Origin: Camelus dromedarius
Lineage: Eukaryota
Direction: 5' to 3'
NCBI RefSeq assembly: GCF_036321535.1
Contig: NC_087436.1
Coordinates: 105,030,001 to 105,094,000, forward strand
DNA length: 64,000 bases
This document shows positions 26,010 through 40,181 of this stretch, one piece after another. A program made the position numbers and the translations under genes. Under the pieces are notes generated by a model. The model was not told the origin of the DNA, made no database searches, and worked only from the letters and a program-made list of their open reading frames with translations. The stretch's first letter is position 1. Each line of letters opens with the position of its first letter.

Positions 26010-26430
26010 ATAGCATACCAGTAGGGAATACAGACTTCAGGTATAGACGGCCTAGGTCTCAGCTGTGTGATCTTGCTTCACATCTCTGTGCTATGTCCTG
26101 AACAGCAAAACAAAGATAATGATAGTAGCTGCCTCACAGGGTTGCTACGAAGATTAAAATGAATTTATAGATGTAAAGCACAGCGGGAAGTCGGGGCTGG
26201 CACACGATGAGGGCTCTGAAGCATCTGCCGTTACTATTGGAAGCCACCATTTCTCCTTGTCAAACTTGTCAGGTGCAGTGCTTCCATATACCTTTCTCCA
26301 TGGCATCTTCTCAAAGGCCCTCTAAACTAAAACCATATGTTGACCCATTTTACAGATCAGGACATTAAGGCTTAGGGAGGTGATGGAAGAATCAGAGTCG
26401 GAGCCCCCATCTTGGATCTGCAAGCCCGCC
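26010..26430. mobile_element. MIR fragments (+ about 26010-26240; - about 26320-26430)
   Basis: gcctcacagggttgctacgaagattaaaatga; cccattttacagatcagg. Confidence 0.65.
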
Positions 26431-26650
26431 TGCTCCCTGGATAGGAGGGAGGGACTGTTTCTCAGGCACACGTGGCCCCCCACCCCGGGCCCTTCTCCAT
26501 ACCATGTCATTCTCCACCATGCTTTGTCCATCTGGGCAGGTAGCGGACTTCCAGTGACCAATGGTAGTTGATGCCCAGCCCCGGGTCAAGGGGACCTGGT
26601 AGCCAGGAACAGGTTTAAAGGTTTTCTAAGCTATGCCGAGTTGCTCTAGC

Positions 26651-26812
26651 TCAGTGTTTCTCCAAGTGTGTTCCAGGGATCTCTGTTTCAGATCCTCCAG
26701 GGGTTCTCATTAAAATGCAGATGTCTTGGCCCCCTAAGTATTGAATCCCAATCTTTAGAGATAAGAGGCCAGGAATCTTAATTTAACAAGCACCCCAGGG
26801 GATTCTGATGCT
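26651..26812. mobile_element. MER5A-like element
   Basis: cagtgtttctccaagtgtg...taaaatgcagatgtcttggccc...tttaacaagcaccccaggggattctgatgc. Confidence 0.75.
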
Positions 26813-29800
26813 TCAGAGGAGAGACCCTTGTGTTCTGGGCCTGCATGGGGTGGAGCCGGATGGGCTAGTTCATCTGACCTTCATCCCTGCATCTCCTGCC
26901 CCAGACCCAGGCTCAGCCCCTCTCTTAGAACCCTGGCCCCGGAGCCATGAGGCCTTTCCCCGCCAAGCCCCAGGCCCGCCTCCCCCTGCAAGGCTCTGCT
27001 GGCATGAATGGGCCGCAGGCCCCATGAGGCTCCCAAGAGCTGTGCTGCTGGGCTCGGGGCTTTCCTCCAAATCCTACCCCTGCGTTTGGTTTTCTCTGTG
27101 TCTTCTCCTCCCTCTGGTCAGGTTCAACCCCTCTAACCCGTCTCACCACAACTGCCCTTTCCACATCTGTCAAATGGAAGTGGCGACCTTGTGTTTCTCT
27201 CCTGGCCCCTTTCTAGACATGGTGCTGCCCCCCACCCCCCACTCATTCATTTTCATGAAGTGATTGCGGATGGGGGCGCATCGCGGACAGAGGGTGATAA
27301 AGGAGAGAGATGTGTACCCCAAAGGGGCTTTGAAACCAGGGAGAGACCAGTGAGGGATCTCTGGGGTCAGACTGTGGGGCCCCTCCTCACATGAGGGTAC
27401 CAAGGCCCTGACAGAATGAGGAACGTGAGGGTAGACCAGAGGGGACGGTCCTTCCACTTGTGGAAGGAATATAAGATCGGAGAGGACTCTGTCAGGAGGT
27501 GTTTTGTAAAAAGAGAAAGTGCAAAGATGATCTTCATTCAGTAACTTGTACAAGCCCTGGATACGTAAGAATGTAGAACGTGACCCAGCTGAGTGCAGGC
27601 ACAAACCTGGGGGCTCCTTGAAGACCAGGCAGGAAGCAGTGGAACAGAGTGAGTAAGGGCCCGGCTCTGCGACAAGCTGGGACCTGGGACCTGGGTCCAG
27701 GGACCTGGGGCCCTTTGCTACAGAGCTTGCACCAGGACAAAGGTCTCCTCCAGCAACAAAATACAAAGAAATGATATAGGGCTAAAAATAACTGCATGCA
27801 TGTGCAGTTGGAGCAAATGATGAACAAGATACAAAAAGACCAAAAACCCAACTGCCACGTCTTTGGTGTCGGGAGCAAAAGCAGATTACTTACTTAGCAT
27901 GATCCTTGCACACAGCACCACCAAGGGGGTGGCTGGCCATCTAAGCCACCCCTCTGGCCCATCCCTTGGACCCACCCCTACCCTCACCCCATTTAAGGGA
28001 CCCCTACTCAAGGAGCGAGCAAGGGAACCTGTTACTTTTATTTTGCATCCTGGGGCTGCAACATGAGTCCCAACAAAACCTTGCCTAAGTTTCTCATCTG
28101 GCCTCTTAGCAATTTCCATTGATTAAGGAGATTAAAACCCCTGGTCAGTAACAGCTCCATCTGGGCACTCAGTGCAGGCCCATTAAAAGCTGTGTGGGCT
28201 CAGGCAAATTACTTACCCTTTCTGAGCCTCATGTTCTCATTTGTAAACTGGTGACAGTCACAACAACATCTCATGGGTTTGTGATGAAAAGCAAATAAGA
28301 TCATGAATGTACCAGGCTTAGCCCAGTTGAGTGGCACCTACTATGTGTCCAATGTCATATGCCAGAGACCATGATTCCCTGTCTTTCTGAACAGCTCCAA
28401 ACTGACAGTTCAGGGAGGGTCAGGACTAAGCCACTGACCAAAAGACAGCTGCAGGTTCCGGGCCCCAGGTGTGAAGAGGAAAAGGAACACACGTGACCAT
28501 AGGCCACAATAATACATTCAATCCCTTACAATAACACATAATAAATATCTCCAGGCTGAGCTTAGATATTTTCCCAACAAGCAGCAGCTTTGCTTCTGTT
28601 TCAGTGATCAAGCCCATTCTAATGGGAGGGCTCTGAAGCTTAGAGGCTATCTTTCTCTCTACCTGCTAATCTTCTGGAGGAAAGTTTAATTGTTTCCAGA
28701 GGAAAGTTCAGTTCCACCAACAATAATATCAACCACATCAGCAGCAGTGGCAATGCCAGGGCTGAGCGACGGGTGAGCGCCATCTCATTAAATCCTCAAC
28801 AACTTTCTGAAGTGTGTGCTGTGCTCCCCCGCCTCCATCTTAAGGCACTGGTTTTGGAGAGCATCTCTCCAAAGTCACACAGCAGGCCCGTGGCAGGGCC
28901 AGGACTCAAACCTGCACCTGTGTGGGCTTGTGAGCCCTCCGCCACACTGCCTCTCAACATCAGTCAAACAGTCACAGGGAGAAATGCTGCCAGGGACAGA
29001 GAGAGGGTAAAGGAGAGAAGAATCTAGAAAACTCTGAGGATTGGGTAATAAACAGTGACCCCCAAATCAACCATCCTCTGAAATGAAGACGAGGAGCAAA
29101 CAAACGAAGATGAGAGAGTGGACCAGAAGCTTTGAGTCAGGGTCAGGGTGGGGGTGTAATCTCTCCCTGACATCCTGCTTTTTCACATGACCCCTGTGAT
29201 CTTGGATTCTCCCAAAGAGTCAAACACTTTGCAGTCAGATTAAAAACCAAACCAAACTTTGCAGGCCAGGAGAAGGTGGAGCTGGCAAGGCCAAGGGATT
29301 AAAGTCAGACTCCCAGAGCAAAGTTTGACTGTGACAGCCTGTTTGTCCCGGGTCACTGGTATGTGGAGTGAGGGCAGAGAGGGCAACACACCTTCCAGGC
29401 GGTGCCTCGGGAGGTTCTTCTTGCAGCAAGCGGCCTCCTGAGGTGGGAAGTGGTGATGGACAGAAGATACTGGCAGTGAACCTGACCTAAAATGGCGACA
29501 GAAGACTCAAGCGGCCCAGAAGCAAGGCGAAGGAATTGCCCCGAATGAAACTGGCAAGGATTAAAAGAAGGCTGGCTAAACTTTCTGCAGAGAGCACAGG
29601 AGTCAGAAATGGAAATGGGAACCAGCCTCTTCTGATCACCCACCTGCAGCCTGGGCATACGTCCCCTCCCACAGGCAGCACCTCTCCCACCTCCCAGGAG
29701 CCCCAAATCCTCTTCCTCTCAGGACACACTGAAGAAGGGGACTTTCACAAGTAGGAACTGGAAGAAAAGTGCTGCAAGATGAGCTCCTGCAGCTCTGGAA

Positions 29801-29817
29801 ACAGCAGTTTAGAAGTT

Positions 29818-29878
29818 AGAAGGAAGGAGGAAAGGAAAGGAGGGAGGAAGGAAGGGAGGGAGGGAGGAAGGAAGGAAG
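29818..29878 (+). repeat. (GGAA/GGGA)n polypurine tract
   Basis: aggaaggaggaaaggaaaggagggaggaaggaagggagggagggaggaaggaaggaag. Confidence 0.9.
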
Positions 29879-30499
29879 TTAGTTTCAAGTTAAAAATAAA
29901 TTATTAATTGTTTTTTACCAAAAAGAAAAAAAGAAGTATTCAAATCTACCACAGCTATAAAGAGAAACTATTTTGCTCCACTGAAGCCTGTGTCTAGACT
30001 TCATGGACTATATCAGAGAGTGGCAAAAGGGGCAAGACAACTTAAAATTCCAGGCGTTTGGTCGTCCACACAAGACTGCTGAATCCCAAACCACCATATG
30101 GACGGTATAGGTTAATGGGGAGGGGGAAGCAGTGACAGTGTAAACCAATAGAAATTTTATTGAAGGGCCAACTTACAGACCCTGGGATGGTCAGAACGAA
30201 AAATATAGATATAATAAGAAAGACATAGACTCACAGTGAGTTATCAGTGGATCCTGGAATTCTTTATGCCCTGGGGACAATTGTCTTTTCACAGAGCATT
30301 CCTTGGGACTGCTATCAGAGATAGAACAGCATATAGCTGCCAAATAAGCCCTGAATTTGCAGTCAGATAGCACCAGGTACAAATTCCGGCTCTGGCCTCA
30401 CTCCTACCCTCAGTGACCTGTGCGAGGGCCTTAATCTCTCCAAGGCTCAATGTTCTGAGCTGTAAAATAGGGTTCATTGAGTTGAAAGGAGTAAAGACA

Positions 30500-31950
30500 T
30501 TTAAATACTTATTGGGCACTTGTTATGTGCCAAGCCCTAGTCTAGGCAATGAGGATACAGAATGAACAAAACAAAGGTCTGCCTCATGGAGCTTATCACC
30601 GAGAGGGGCAAGGTGAACAAGAAACATGTAAACCAAAAACAGCCGAGTATATCAGATGGTGATGGGAGGGGGCTGGGGAGGAGTGAGAGGGAAGCTATTT
30701 AATTTAGGGCAATCAGGAAAGGCTCGTGATAAGGAGACACGAGGCAGTGAGTCATGCAGACTTCTGGGGGATGAGAGTTTCCAGCAGAAGGAACAGCAGA
30801 ACAGAGGTCCTGCGGCAGAAGCCTGTGTTCACGTAGCAAGGAGATCCACGAAGCCGGAGCAGACTGAGTCAGGTGGGGGTGAAGAAAGAGATAAAGTCAG
30901 AAGGTCTTTGAGCAGGAAAGACAATCTGGAGTTTAGCCTGGGTGAGCTGGGAAGCCAACCAAAGGATGCGATTGGCTTATATTTAGAAAGGATCACTTTG
31001 CTGAAAGAAGGGGCTGGAAGGGGTAAGAGCGAAAAGGGAGAGGCCAGTTAGAATCTATTGAGATAATTCAGGCAAGAGATGACAGCTGTTTCAGGCACTT
31101 GGGCTGAGCACCTGGAAGTGTGGAGCTGCCGCTTACAGAAATGAGAGAAACCGGGCTGGGCAGGTCCTGTTCAGGGCACACTGAAGTTTGAGAAGTCTAT
31201 TGGACAACCAGGTGAAGATGCTGAGTCAACAGCTGGATATCTGTGCCTGGAGTTCAAGGCAGATTTTAATGCCCCAGGTTTGGATATGCTAAGCAGGGAC
31301 TAAGTATAGATGGAGGAGAACAGAGTTTGAGGACTCCAGGGCTTCATCAAGGAGATGAAGACAAAAAGCAAAGACGACTAGGAGTGGCTGGGGTGGTAGA
31401 AGGAAAACCAGGGTCCCCAAGGAGTCTATGACAGCAGTCAGTAAGCTTTTCCCATAAAGGGCCTCATAGTAAGTATTTTCAGCTTTGTGGGCCATCTGGT
31501 CTCTGTGGCCACCACTCAACCCTGCCACTGATGCATGGAAGCAGCCATAGATGCTGTATGAATGAACGGCCATGGCTGTGCTCCCATAAAGCTTTATTTA
31601 CAGAACAGGCAGAGGACTGGATTCGGCCTGCAGGTTATAGTTTGCCAAACCCTAGGCAAGGCAAATGGTGCCCCAGGAGTCATGCAACGTGGACTGAGGA
31701 CGTGGTGCTCTGCAAACCAAGTGGACAAAGTTTTGCAAGGGCTCAAAGTGATAAGTGGTATCAAATGCTGCCGACAGGCTAAGTCAGTTGAAGAAGAATC
31801 AGCCACTGGCTGTAGGAACACACCAGTCATCAATGGCCTCAGCAAGAGCCCTTTCACTGGAGTGATATGGATGAAAGCCTGCATGGAATGGGTTCCAAAG
31901 AAGCTGGTAAGAGAGCAAGGGTATCAGTTACTCTTCTGAAGAGTTTTAGT
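30500..31950 (-). mobile_element. Long L2 fragment interrupted by MER58A (MIR at about 30360-30500 adjacent)
   Basis: aaatacttattgggcacttgttatgtgccaagc...tctgcctcatggagctta...gaaaggatcactttgctg...agctggatatctgtgcctggagttcaagg. Confidence 0.75.
31432..31653 (+). mobile_element. MER58A hAT-Charlie element
   Basis: cagtaagcttttcccataaagggcc...gctgtgctcccataaagctttatttacag...tagtttgccaaacccta. Confidence 0.85.
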
Positions 31951-33489
31951 TCCTGGCCAAAGGGAGGTGTTCAATAAATGGTCATTCCTTTTCCATAATT
32001 GGCACCATGGTCCAGCAGTTATTATTCATGTAGGACTGCAGAGTTTACAAGGCACAGGCACAGTGTTGGGACCATACAGTGACGAAAACAGAGCATTTTC
32101 ACACTGTTTGAGGCAACTCAAGTTAGCTTTTTGGATTCACAAGGAAAACAGAACCTTGGGGGTCTGGAGCTGAGTTAGAAGCCACTAAAATATGGCTTGA
32201 ATTTGATGGAGTCATGCCCAGGCATCATTCAGAGAAGCCATTGTATTACACATCCCAAACACGGTGCCTGCCATTTATTTATATCCTGCCCTGTGATGAA
32301 AAAGACTTGAGATATGGATCCGTGTCATGGTTAAACCACGTCTGCGCTTGGTCAAAATATTCCATTCTGAACTCAGCATCCTGCAGTCTATACAGCCAAA
32401 TGGGCTTTTCATTAACTGGGGTGAGTTATTGGCATGGGGTCCATCCAATGAAAAAGCCTAAATTTATGTCGCACTTTGTTTCCCAGGGAGCCCAAACTAT
32501 TTCATACAAATTACCTCATTGATCTCCAAAGCCCTTGTGTGAGATTTAGAATTATTATTTCTTTTTCATCTTGACACCCGGTCTGCAGCAGGGCAATAAA
32601 TATCATGTTCTGATGTTTATGATGTGGGACTGAGGACTATGTCAGTGAAATTCGTGTTGCTGTTTTAGCCTCTGAGAGGAGCCCTGTGATGGAGAGATGA
32701 GCAGAAATCTGGTTTAATAGACTGTAACAGGCATGTTTCCTGGGTACCTCCCTGCTTGTGTGGGGGACCACCTTTTGTACCTTATGACCCTGCCTCCTTC
32801 TGCACTCCCCCTCCACCAACCACAGTTCATTGGACCAGGAATAGACATTACTCTGTCAGCTGCCCTAAGCCTATGTCTATGCCTGGCATGACATGATGAT
32901 CTGGGCCAATGCCAGAGTCTCTTGAGAGAGCATTTCCCCACTAGACACAAGGAGACAGAGACGAGTAGACACAGAAGGGAAGCGCCACCACATTGATGGT
33001 GCAACCCCAAAATGCAGAGCCATGAATCAGGATGCAAGAGGTCCCTGGCACCATTTTGGATACCGATGCCTGGCAGGTCCATTCTCCAGGGAGCCTGGAC
33101 CCCACTGTAGCCCCAGTTCTTACCTTTCCAGGAGATTCTATCTACATCATCACTACACAGATAGCCCCAAACCCAGCCCTTTTTCTTCTTGGTGGGGGAA
33201 GCGGGGTAAAAGCCAGGAGATCCTTGTTCCTTGTAGCCAAACATGCTGAACTCAAACCCTGATAAAGCATCAGCCCAGGCTTGAGAACCCCAAATAAGAA
33301 ACTACCCAAATAGCCCATTGCTCTTAAACTTGTGTCTGCTTACAAACACCAGGTGGTGGGGGCAGAAGCAGTGCACCCAGGGACCCTCTCCTGTTGTCTT
33401 TCTTCTTCCCAGAGTCCTGCAATGTTCTAGGCCATCTCTATTGCTTCAGACCCAGAGACTTACCCTGCCCCAGGTCATCACTGGTTCAC

Positions 33490-33840
33490 GTATTCATCAT
33501 TCACTGGGTACCTACTATGAGCTCACCACCCTAGGCACTAGGGCCGCAGGAGTGAGTCAGCCAGACCTAACCCCTGCCCTCCAGGGTTATAATTTGGAAG
33601 GAGAAACGGATCATTAAACAAGCAAGTACATGAAAATGCCACACAGCCTAACAGAAGAAATTGTGAGTAAAGGGATCCTCAGAGCAGGTTAAGCTAATTC
33701 CCATCCTGAAGAAATTATGAGGGACGTTCTGGAGGAAATGATACCTAAGCTGCTACTTGAAGGGGGAGTTGGGGTTACAAGGAGGTGGCAGAAGGGCGTT
33801 CGAAGCAGAGGACGCTATACCTGCAAAGGCCAGGCCACAC
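33490..33840 (-). mobile_element. L2 3' end
   Basis: cattcactgggtacctactatg...ccctgccctccagg. Confidence 0.6.
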
Positions 33841-34539
33841 CAGGGTCCCCTGAGCAATCAGACTAAGATGAGACACAGTCCAGGGTTCCCTACAAGGATG
33901 CCCTAGTCGGGGACTGGACTTGACACACTCCCAAGTTCCTTCTCACCCAGAGCTCCTGATTTAAGGTAAATCAGTCCAATCCAGTCTGGGTCCAGTTTAG
34001 AAATGACCTAAACTTCCATCCTGAGCCCAGAGAATATTTCAGTCAGAAACCAGAGCAAACACCAAGGCAGCCCCCGCCACAGGGCCACAGGTGACTTACA
34101 CCCACAGCAGACAACTGGGGCGGCTGTCCTGGGCTCGGGCTTATCCGCTACCAGTGCAGGAGGGCACACTCGGGGCACGGCTTCCTCGAGGGTCTGTGGT
34201 CCCAAGAGGCCCCCAGAAGAGGGATAATGACACATTTTCCCAAGAGTCTTCCTTCCACCCGCGTATGTCTAGGCATTGATTTGACACGTCTCACCAGCCC
34301 AGAATGGGGGCACACAGGATCTGGACTTCATGTGTTCAGGATTCAGCTTGCTACTCGGCTCTGCTCTCTGGAGAACCAGCCCGAACTTCCCCCTGGTCTC
34401 CTGCCACTGCGCTGAGAGTGAAGTGGGCTGGATCTGTATTAGAAAAGTCTGAAGTTCTACTGCAGGTCAGCGAGGGGAAGACAGCCCCAGAGCCACCCTA
34501 GGCTGTCAGACACGGAGTTCAATTCATGCCCAGAAAATA

Positions 34540-34680
34540 AGGGTTCTCTGTGTGCCAGATGGTACTATTACCATCATCCCTTTTCACAGGTGAGGAAACT
34601 GAGACCCAAAGAGATAAAGTAACTCGCTCAAGGTCACCCAGCTAGGAAGTGGGGAATCTGAGATATAGATTCTGCTAATC
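34540..34680 (-). mobile_element. MIR
   Basis: ccttttcacaggtgaggaaactgagacccaaagagataaagtaactcgctcaaggtcacccagctagg. Confidence 0.85.
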
Positions 34681-36249
34681 TGCTACTAGAGGTCAAGGGT
34701 TAGAGTCAGGAACTATGCGTGATTAACTTCCTCTGAGGAGCCTTTATCAGCACTGCTGGGGGCCCCGTACACACGCCTTGTAAGTGGGTTTCAGTGATGA
34801 CGTGAATACTAGATAGCCCTTCACTTCTGCAGAATTTAACAGCTTAAACTGCAAATGTTTGCTGAATGAAACAATGAGCAAACGAGAGTTCATTTGGGCT
34901 TCATTTTCCTTCACTCGCCACCTCTTCCCTTGGCTCCTCTCTCAAAGCGTCATATCCCCCAAGACGCTTCTTACCTCTGCAGAAGTTCTTCATTTCTACT
35001 TTCTGTCCCCTTGCACCATCCTACACTTCCTCCTCTCCCCCACCTCTCCACAGTTCCCAGTCCCCATTGGACTCTGGGTTCCCTCATGACTCTGCCCCTC
35101 ACTAGTTCTGTGACTGTGCTGAACTTCTTAACCTCTCCGAGGCTCCGCTTTCTGATCTGTTAAAAAGGAGCTAATGGCCCTAACCTTTTATAGCAGTGGA
35201 TCAAAAAGAATAATGCAGAAAATGACTTGATACGGCCCCGCCCTTAGGAGGTAGTCAAAGGGTATTTGTGCCCAAGCAGAAACCTTTAGACCTTCTCTCT
35301 AACACTCCCCCTATTCAAGGATAATTTCTTTTCTCAAAATATCTGGAAGGAACATGATTCTTTGATCTTGGCTTAGGACCCATTCTAAGCTACCACACAG
35401 TTGCAAAGCCATAAAGCAATTAACAATAACTGCTATCAATTAACTGTGGGGAGTGTAAATGGGTGCTCAAGCCTCCATTTACAAACAAGTAAGAGGGTAT
35501 AGAAGCTTGCAGTTCTTTGAAGCCTTAAACCAAACGGTTTCCTGGAAACCCCGAGTGGCAAGGAAACACAGCTGAAGGCTACTTCCCTCTGGAGGCCATG
35601 CCACTGGGAAGTGGCCAACAGGACTGCGGCCTGAAAAAGCTGAGACTGAATTCTGGTGATTGACACCTGAGGCTGCTGGTTTCTCCCCAGAGATAAAATC
35701 TCTCTGGAGAGTTGGAGGGACAAGGACTTAGGACTTGAACATGGATGACTATGGAGATTATGAGCCCCATACAAAATTAAGAAATGGAGCCCAGGAGTTC
35801 CAGTTTTCAACCTTTGGACCAAGCTGCATGACCACAATCAAGGTCAATGAGTTCTTGGAACTGCCTTACTGGTCAGATGGCAAGACCTTCAGATGTCTCT
35901 GCCAACTAAGATTTTTTTTCAGATTGGCAGCAGAAATATTGAAAGAGCTCTCTTCCCTCTGTTTCTAAGACCCTTCAGAATATCTTAGCAAATGTTTTGA
36001 CTTAGATGATTTGCCAAGAAGGACTCTTTCCTTGCGATTTCCCCAACACTAAATATTTGAATCGAACCTGAAGAGAAATTGAGATGTTTAGGAAGTTAGG
36101 AGAAAACTTGAGATGTCTTGTTTCCGCTTAAATTCTCTTGAGGGTCAACTCTTTGACTTATAAAGCAAATAAATCTGTATTTTGTAATGTATTATTCTTA
36201 TGTAACCTCTCTAGACTTCCAAACTTTAAGAAAAAACGCTGGAGATAAG

Positions 36250-36760
36250 TTAAACGGTTTCTATTTACTGTAATTTAGAAATACAAAGTTTGACTAGAAA
36301 GAAATGAGAATGACTTTCAAACACTCCAAAGCTTTCATAATGGAATGAGTGTTAGCTTCAGAGCAGTTACCTTCAAAGAATATATTTCAATTTCAAAAGT
36401 GTTGTTATAGCTCAAAACACGTTCGGTAATTCCTCTTTGATGACTGTCTTCAAGGCCAATTTATAAGATATAAAAACCTGCTTTTGACCTCAAGTAGCAT
36501 TATACAACTTGTCCACTCTGTATTAGTCTTCAGACTTGACCACAAATGGTTTCTGTCTATTTCTAAAACTCAAATCTACCTTTAAAAGATTAAGATTTGC
36601 CATCCCCAAGGATATATTGAAACTAAAAATGCACTCCAAACTTGAAGATAATTCCCAAGAAAGGGTTTCTAAAATGGGAATAAGAGAAGCATTGTTTGAA
36701 AATAAGGCTTTCTATAGCTGTGACTTTCAAGACCACATACCTCATTTGTATGCACCGAGT
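36250..36760 (+). mobile_element. MARNA-like Tc1/mariner DNA-transposon fossil
   Basis: 36527 onward translates SSDLTTNGFCLFLKLKSTFKRLRFAIPKDI, matching the mariner transposase C-terminal YSPDLAPxDFxLFxKLKxxLKGxRF motif; in-frame TAG just upstream. Confidence 0.75.
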
Positions 36761-38199
36761 CACAAAACACCAGACCTAGAAGAGGCCATGAGGACAAGGC
36801 TGGGATTAGGGTAACAAATCCCCAGTGAGCACCCCCTTGGAGTCTGTATGTACGCCAGGTACCTCACTCTCCTCACCCAAGTCGCGTCCCGGGGATCAAG
36901 GTATCTAGCGTAAGGTTAGGCTGCCTCCCTCTGCCCCATGACTTTGTTAAAAGCATCAATCATGTTACTTTATACTCGCATCTTGTGACTAGGGTTCTGA
37001 ACAATGATAATAGAAACTGAAGCAGAAAACCACTGTGCAGGCTTCTGTTGGATTTAGTGCCTCCCACAACCTGGTAGATGCTCAATAATGTTGACTGAAA
37101 TGAACTGGACTCAAGATGCAACTCTAAGAAATGTATTTTGACTAAGAAATACACTATCCCTCTTATCATTGCCAGTGTTAACCACCGGTCTCACCGTTCT
37201 GCATTGCCAGCTGTGCTGAGAATTGCAAATGCAATGCTGTGAAACTGTCACAACTGTGTGCTTTGTGAATTTTTTTCAGACTTAAAATGTCACTAGTATT
37301 GATTTTTCTGAACCCTGGACCATAATCAAACACTGTAAAGTACTCTGCTCAGTAGATTACCATTGAAATCCAATCCCTGCCAAGTCACAGGGAGAAGAAA
37401 CAAGAAACTGTGCTTTGCCAGAGACTAGTGGAAGTCAGGGGAGGGAAGAGTTTGGGGCAAATCTTAGAGTTGAACGGACCAGTAGCAAAATTGTCAACTT
37501 TATGTTGGCAGTGAGTTGGCCGTCCTGGGAGTATTCAAGTGGAGGTGGGATGACCCCTTTAGGGGGAGGGCAGAGGGCCTCTGCAATGAGCTCCAGAGCC
37601 CCCTGGCCCCTCATAGTAATTGGGTTTCTGGAATTCTATGACAGCAGCTTGTCGGATGAAGATCTTCATAATATACATTCCTTGAATAAGTCATTATACT
37701 CTGCCTTTTTCCTGTTTTGATAAAGTAAATTTTCTTTGGCTTTTTTTTCAAATCAGAACTCTAAGCCCTCTTGCTGTAAGGAGTCATCCTGATTTGCCAA
37801 GGAAGGCATTGACTTCATATCCATTTCCCGCCTCAGTCGGGACAGTCTTTGCCTTCACATCAGGATTTCTGAGCAGCGGGAGGCATTGCTAGGGCAAGGA
37901 ACTAGCATCCTGGAAAATCTTCACAAGTATTCTGTGAAGCAAAAATTCCAATTTGTGTTTTATAAATGGGGAGACGGGGGCCCCCGGGGGGTCTGGTGGT
38001 CTGCTCAAGGTCTCACAGCTGGCAGAAGGCAAGGTGGGCATTCCTATCCAGGTTGACTGGCCCCAAAGCATACGTTCTTTCCATTAGACCAGGGTATACA
38101 CTGTGTAGGTGTGCGTATAAATACTGCATTGAGTCATCAGTCCATGTATTGTTATTTCACTTTCCGCGGCCACATCACCAGTCTTCACAATACGTTTCA

Positions 38200-38410
38200 A
38201 TAAAAACAACTAAAGCTTATCAAGTGGTAGCCATGTGCCAGGCATAATCGTGGGAGCTTACCCTTAATAGACTCACGTTACCCTAGGGAGAAGGTGCTAT
38301 AATTATCCCATTTCTTCGATAAAGAAACTGAAGTATAGGGAGTTGAAGTGCCTTGTACAAGTCACACAGCCTGTAAACAGCAAAACCAGGTTTTTAAACC
38401 CAGAATTTCT
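38200..38410 (-). mobile_element. MIR
   Basis: atcccatttcttcgataaagaaactgaagtatagggagttgaagtgccttgtacaagtcacacagc. Confidence 0.75.
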
Positions 38411-38859
38411 GTCGTCAGTAAACATCTCCCGCCCCCCAACCCTTAAGCGCTCTGATCTACTGAAGGGTAAAGAGTTCTTTAAATCATCCAGAGCTGTGCG
38501 CATACTTCTATGTTCACAGTAGGAAATTCGTAAACATTGTATGAACTGGTAAATATGGGAGGGGTTATGAGAGGGGAGGAAATGACCAGTGTCTAAATGG
38601 GCAGTTAACTAGAATGGCCTTGCAGATGGTCAGAGATGGGCGATGTTTCAGGGCCATTCAAAACCAATGGAGGGTCAACATCCTTTGAGAAAAAGCTGTA
38701 GTTATCCAAATGCAGTGCTGCCTTCTCATGTCCAGAAACCCGGGCTCAGGGCCTGGAAAGAGGGAAGGTCCCTTAGCAAACCCACCATCTGAAAAACTGG
38801 TCCTGCCTGTTGGTTCTGATGCCTTTGAGACATTGAAGCTGTGTCTTTGTGTTTTTTCA

Positions 38860-39200
38860 AGCATTCATTCAATAAATATTTACTGAGAGATAACTCCAAG
38901 GCAGGCACTGGGGACAAGCAAAGGCCCTGTCCTAATGGAGCTTACATTTTGGTAGGGAGAATCAGAGGAGTAATGAGCAATATATAATATGTTAGGTGGG
39001 GTTAAATGCTATGAAGGAAAATAAAGCCATTTTAAGTGGAGTAGTCAGAGAAAGTATCTCTGATAAGGAGAGCTTTCAGCAGAACCTGAATGAAGTGAGG
39101 CAGCAAGTGATGCTAATACTTGGGAGAAGGGTGTTCAGGAAGCTGTGCAAAGGCCCTGGGGTTTGTTCAAGCAAGAGTAAGGAAGCCTGTGAATCTGCAG
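38860..39200 (-). mobile_element. L2 3' end
   Basis: cattcattcaataaatatttactgag...ccctgtcctaatggagcttacattttggtaggg. Confidence 0.8.
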
Positions 39201-40181
39201 CATGAACACTGATTATTTTGCTGAGACCAAATCAGAGTCAAAAGAAATTTGAAAGTTCCTGTGTGGCTCTCCAAACTTCATCAGGGCAGACCCAGTCAAT
39301 TTTTCTGCCTTATTGGGAGAGAAACATATACATGATTAAGAACAGCTTATATCTATATAATATTTATAGTCTTAAAGTGCTTCTGCATACACAATCTCAT
39401 GAGTCCTCACAACCTGATAAAGCAAGCATCGTGCTCTTTTAGAATATTAAAGACACTGAGGTGACTAAAGTTTAAGTGGCTTGCCCAAGGTCACACAGGT
39501 ATGCAGCAGGTCCTAAGCCAGTGCTCTTGCCCGCAGTATCTTCCCTCTTCAAAGCCAGAGTGCACCTTCTCTCTACTGACTGTAACCACCATCCAACCTA
39601 GAGCCTGTCAGAGCCACCCAGATTCACAGTAAATGCCTCTTTATGCTGTTGCTGAAGACTGTCGCAAAGGGGGCCAAGGGGGGCTTCCTAGAAGAGACGA
39701 GGTGGCTAGAGCAACCAGAAAATGGCCCAGACGAAGCAGGGTTTTGAGTCTATTCTTGGCATCACATGGATGGAAATTCTAAGACCCAAAGGGAAAAATG
39801 ACCTGTCCAATTTCCCAGAATGAACAGAGGTCTCAACAGTTGAAGCCCAGTTCCTCTGTTCATCTTCCTCGGAAAAGAATATAGATATAGATATATAGAT
39901 TTATATACACACACATATATGTATGCTTACATATATAACACATTTCACATTTATATATGTATTTCACTTACTTGAAAAGGCATGAAGCAAAGCAATTAAG
40001 AATTTAGGAGCTTGATCCCAGAGTCAGGCAGCTAACCCTTCATCTGAAAACAGGCTACTTTCTCTCTGTGGCTCAAGCAGAAACACGCTGTTTTAAGACT
40101 TAGTTTTTTTGTGTTTTTTTTTTTTGGTGTTGGGGGGTTTTGGTTTGTTTGTTTGCTTGTTTGTTTGTTTGTTTGTTTATT

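Noticed and set aside
29488..29499. YY1-like aaaatggcgac as a promoter or start codon
   Set aside because: No CpG island or recognisable ORF around it.
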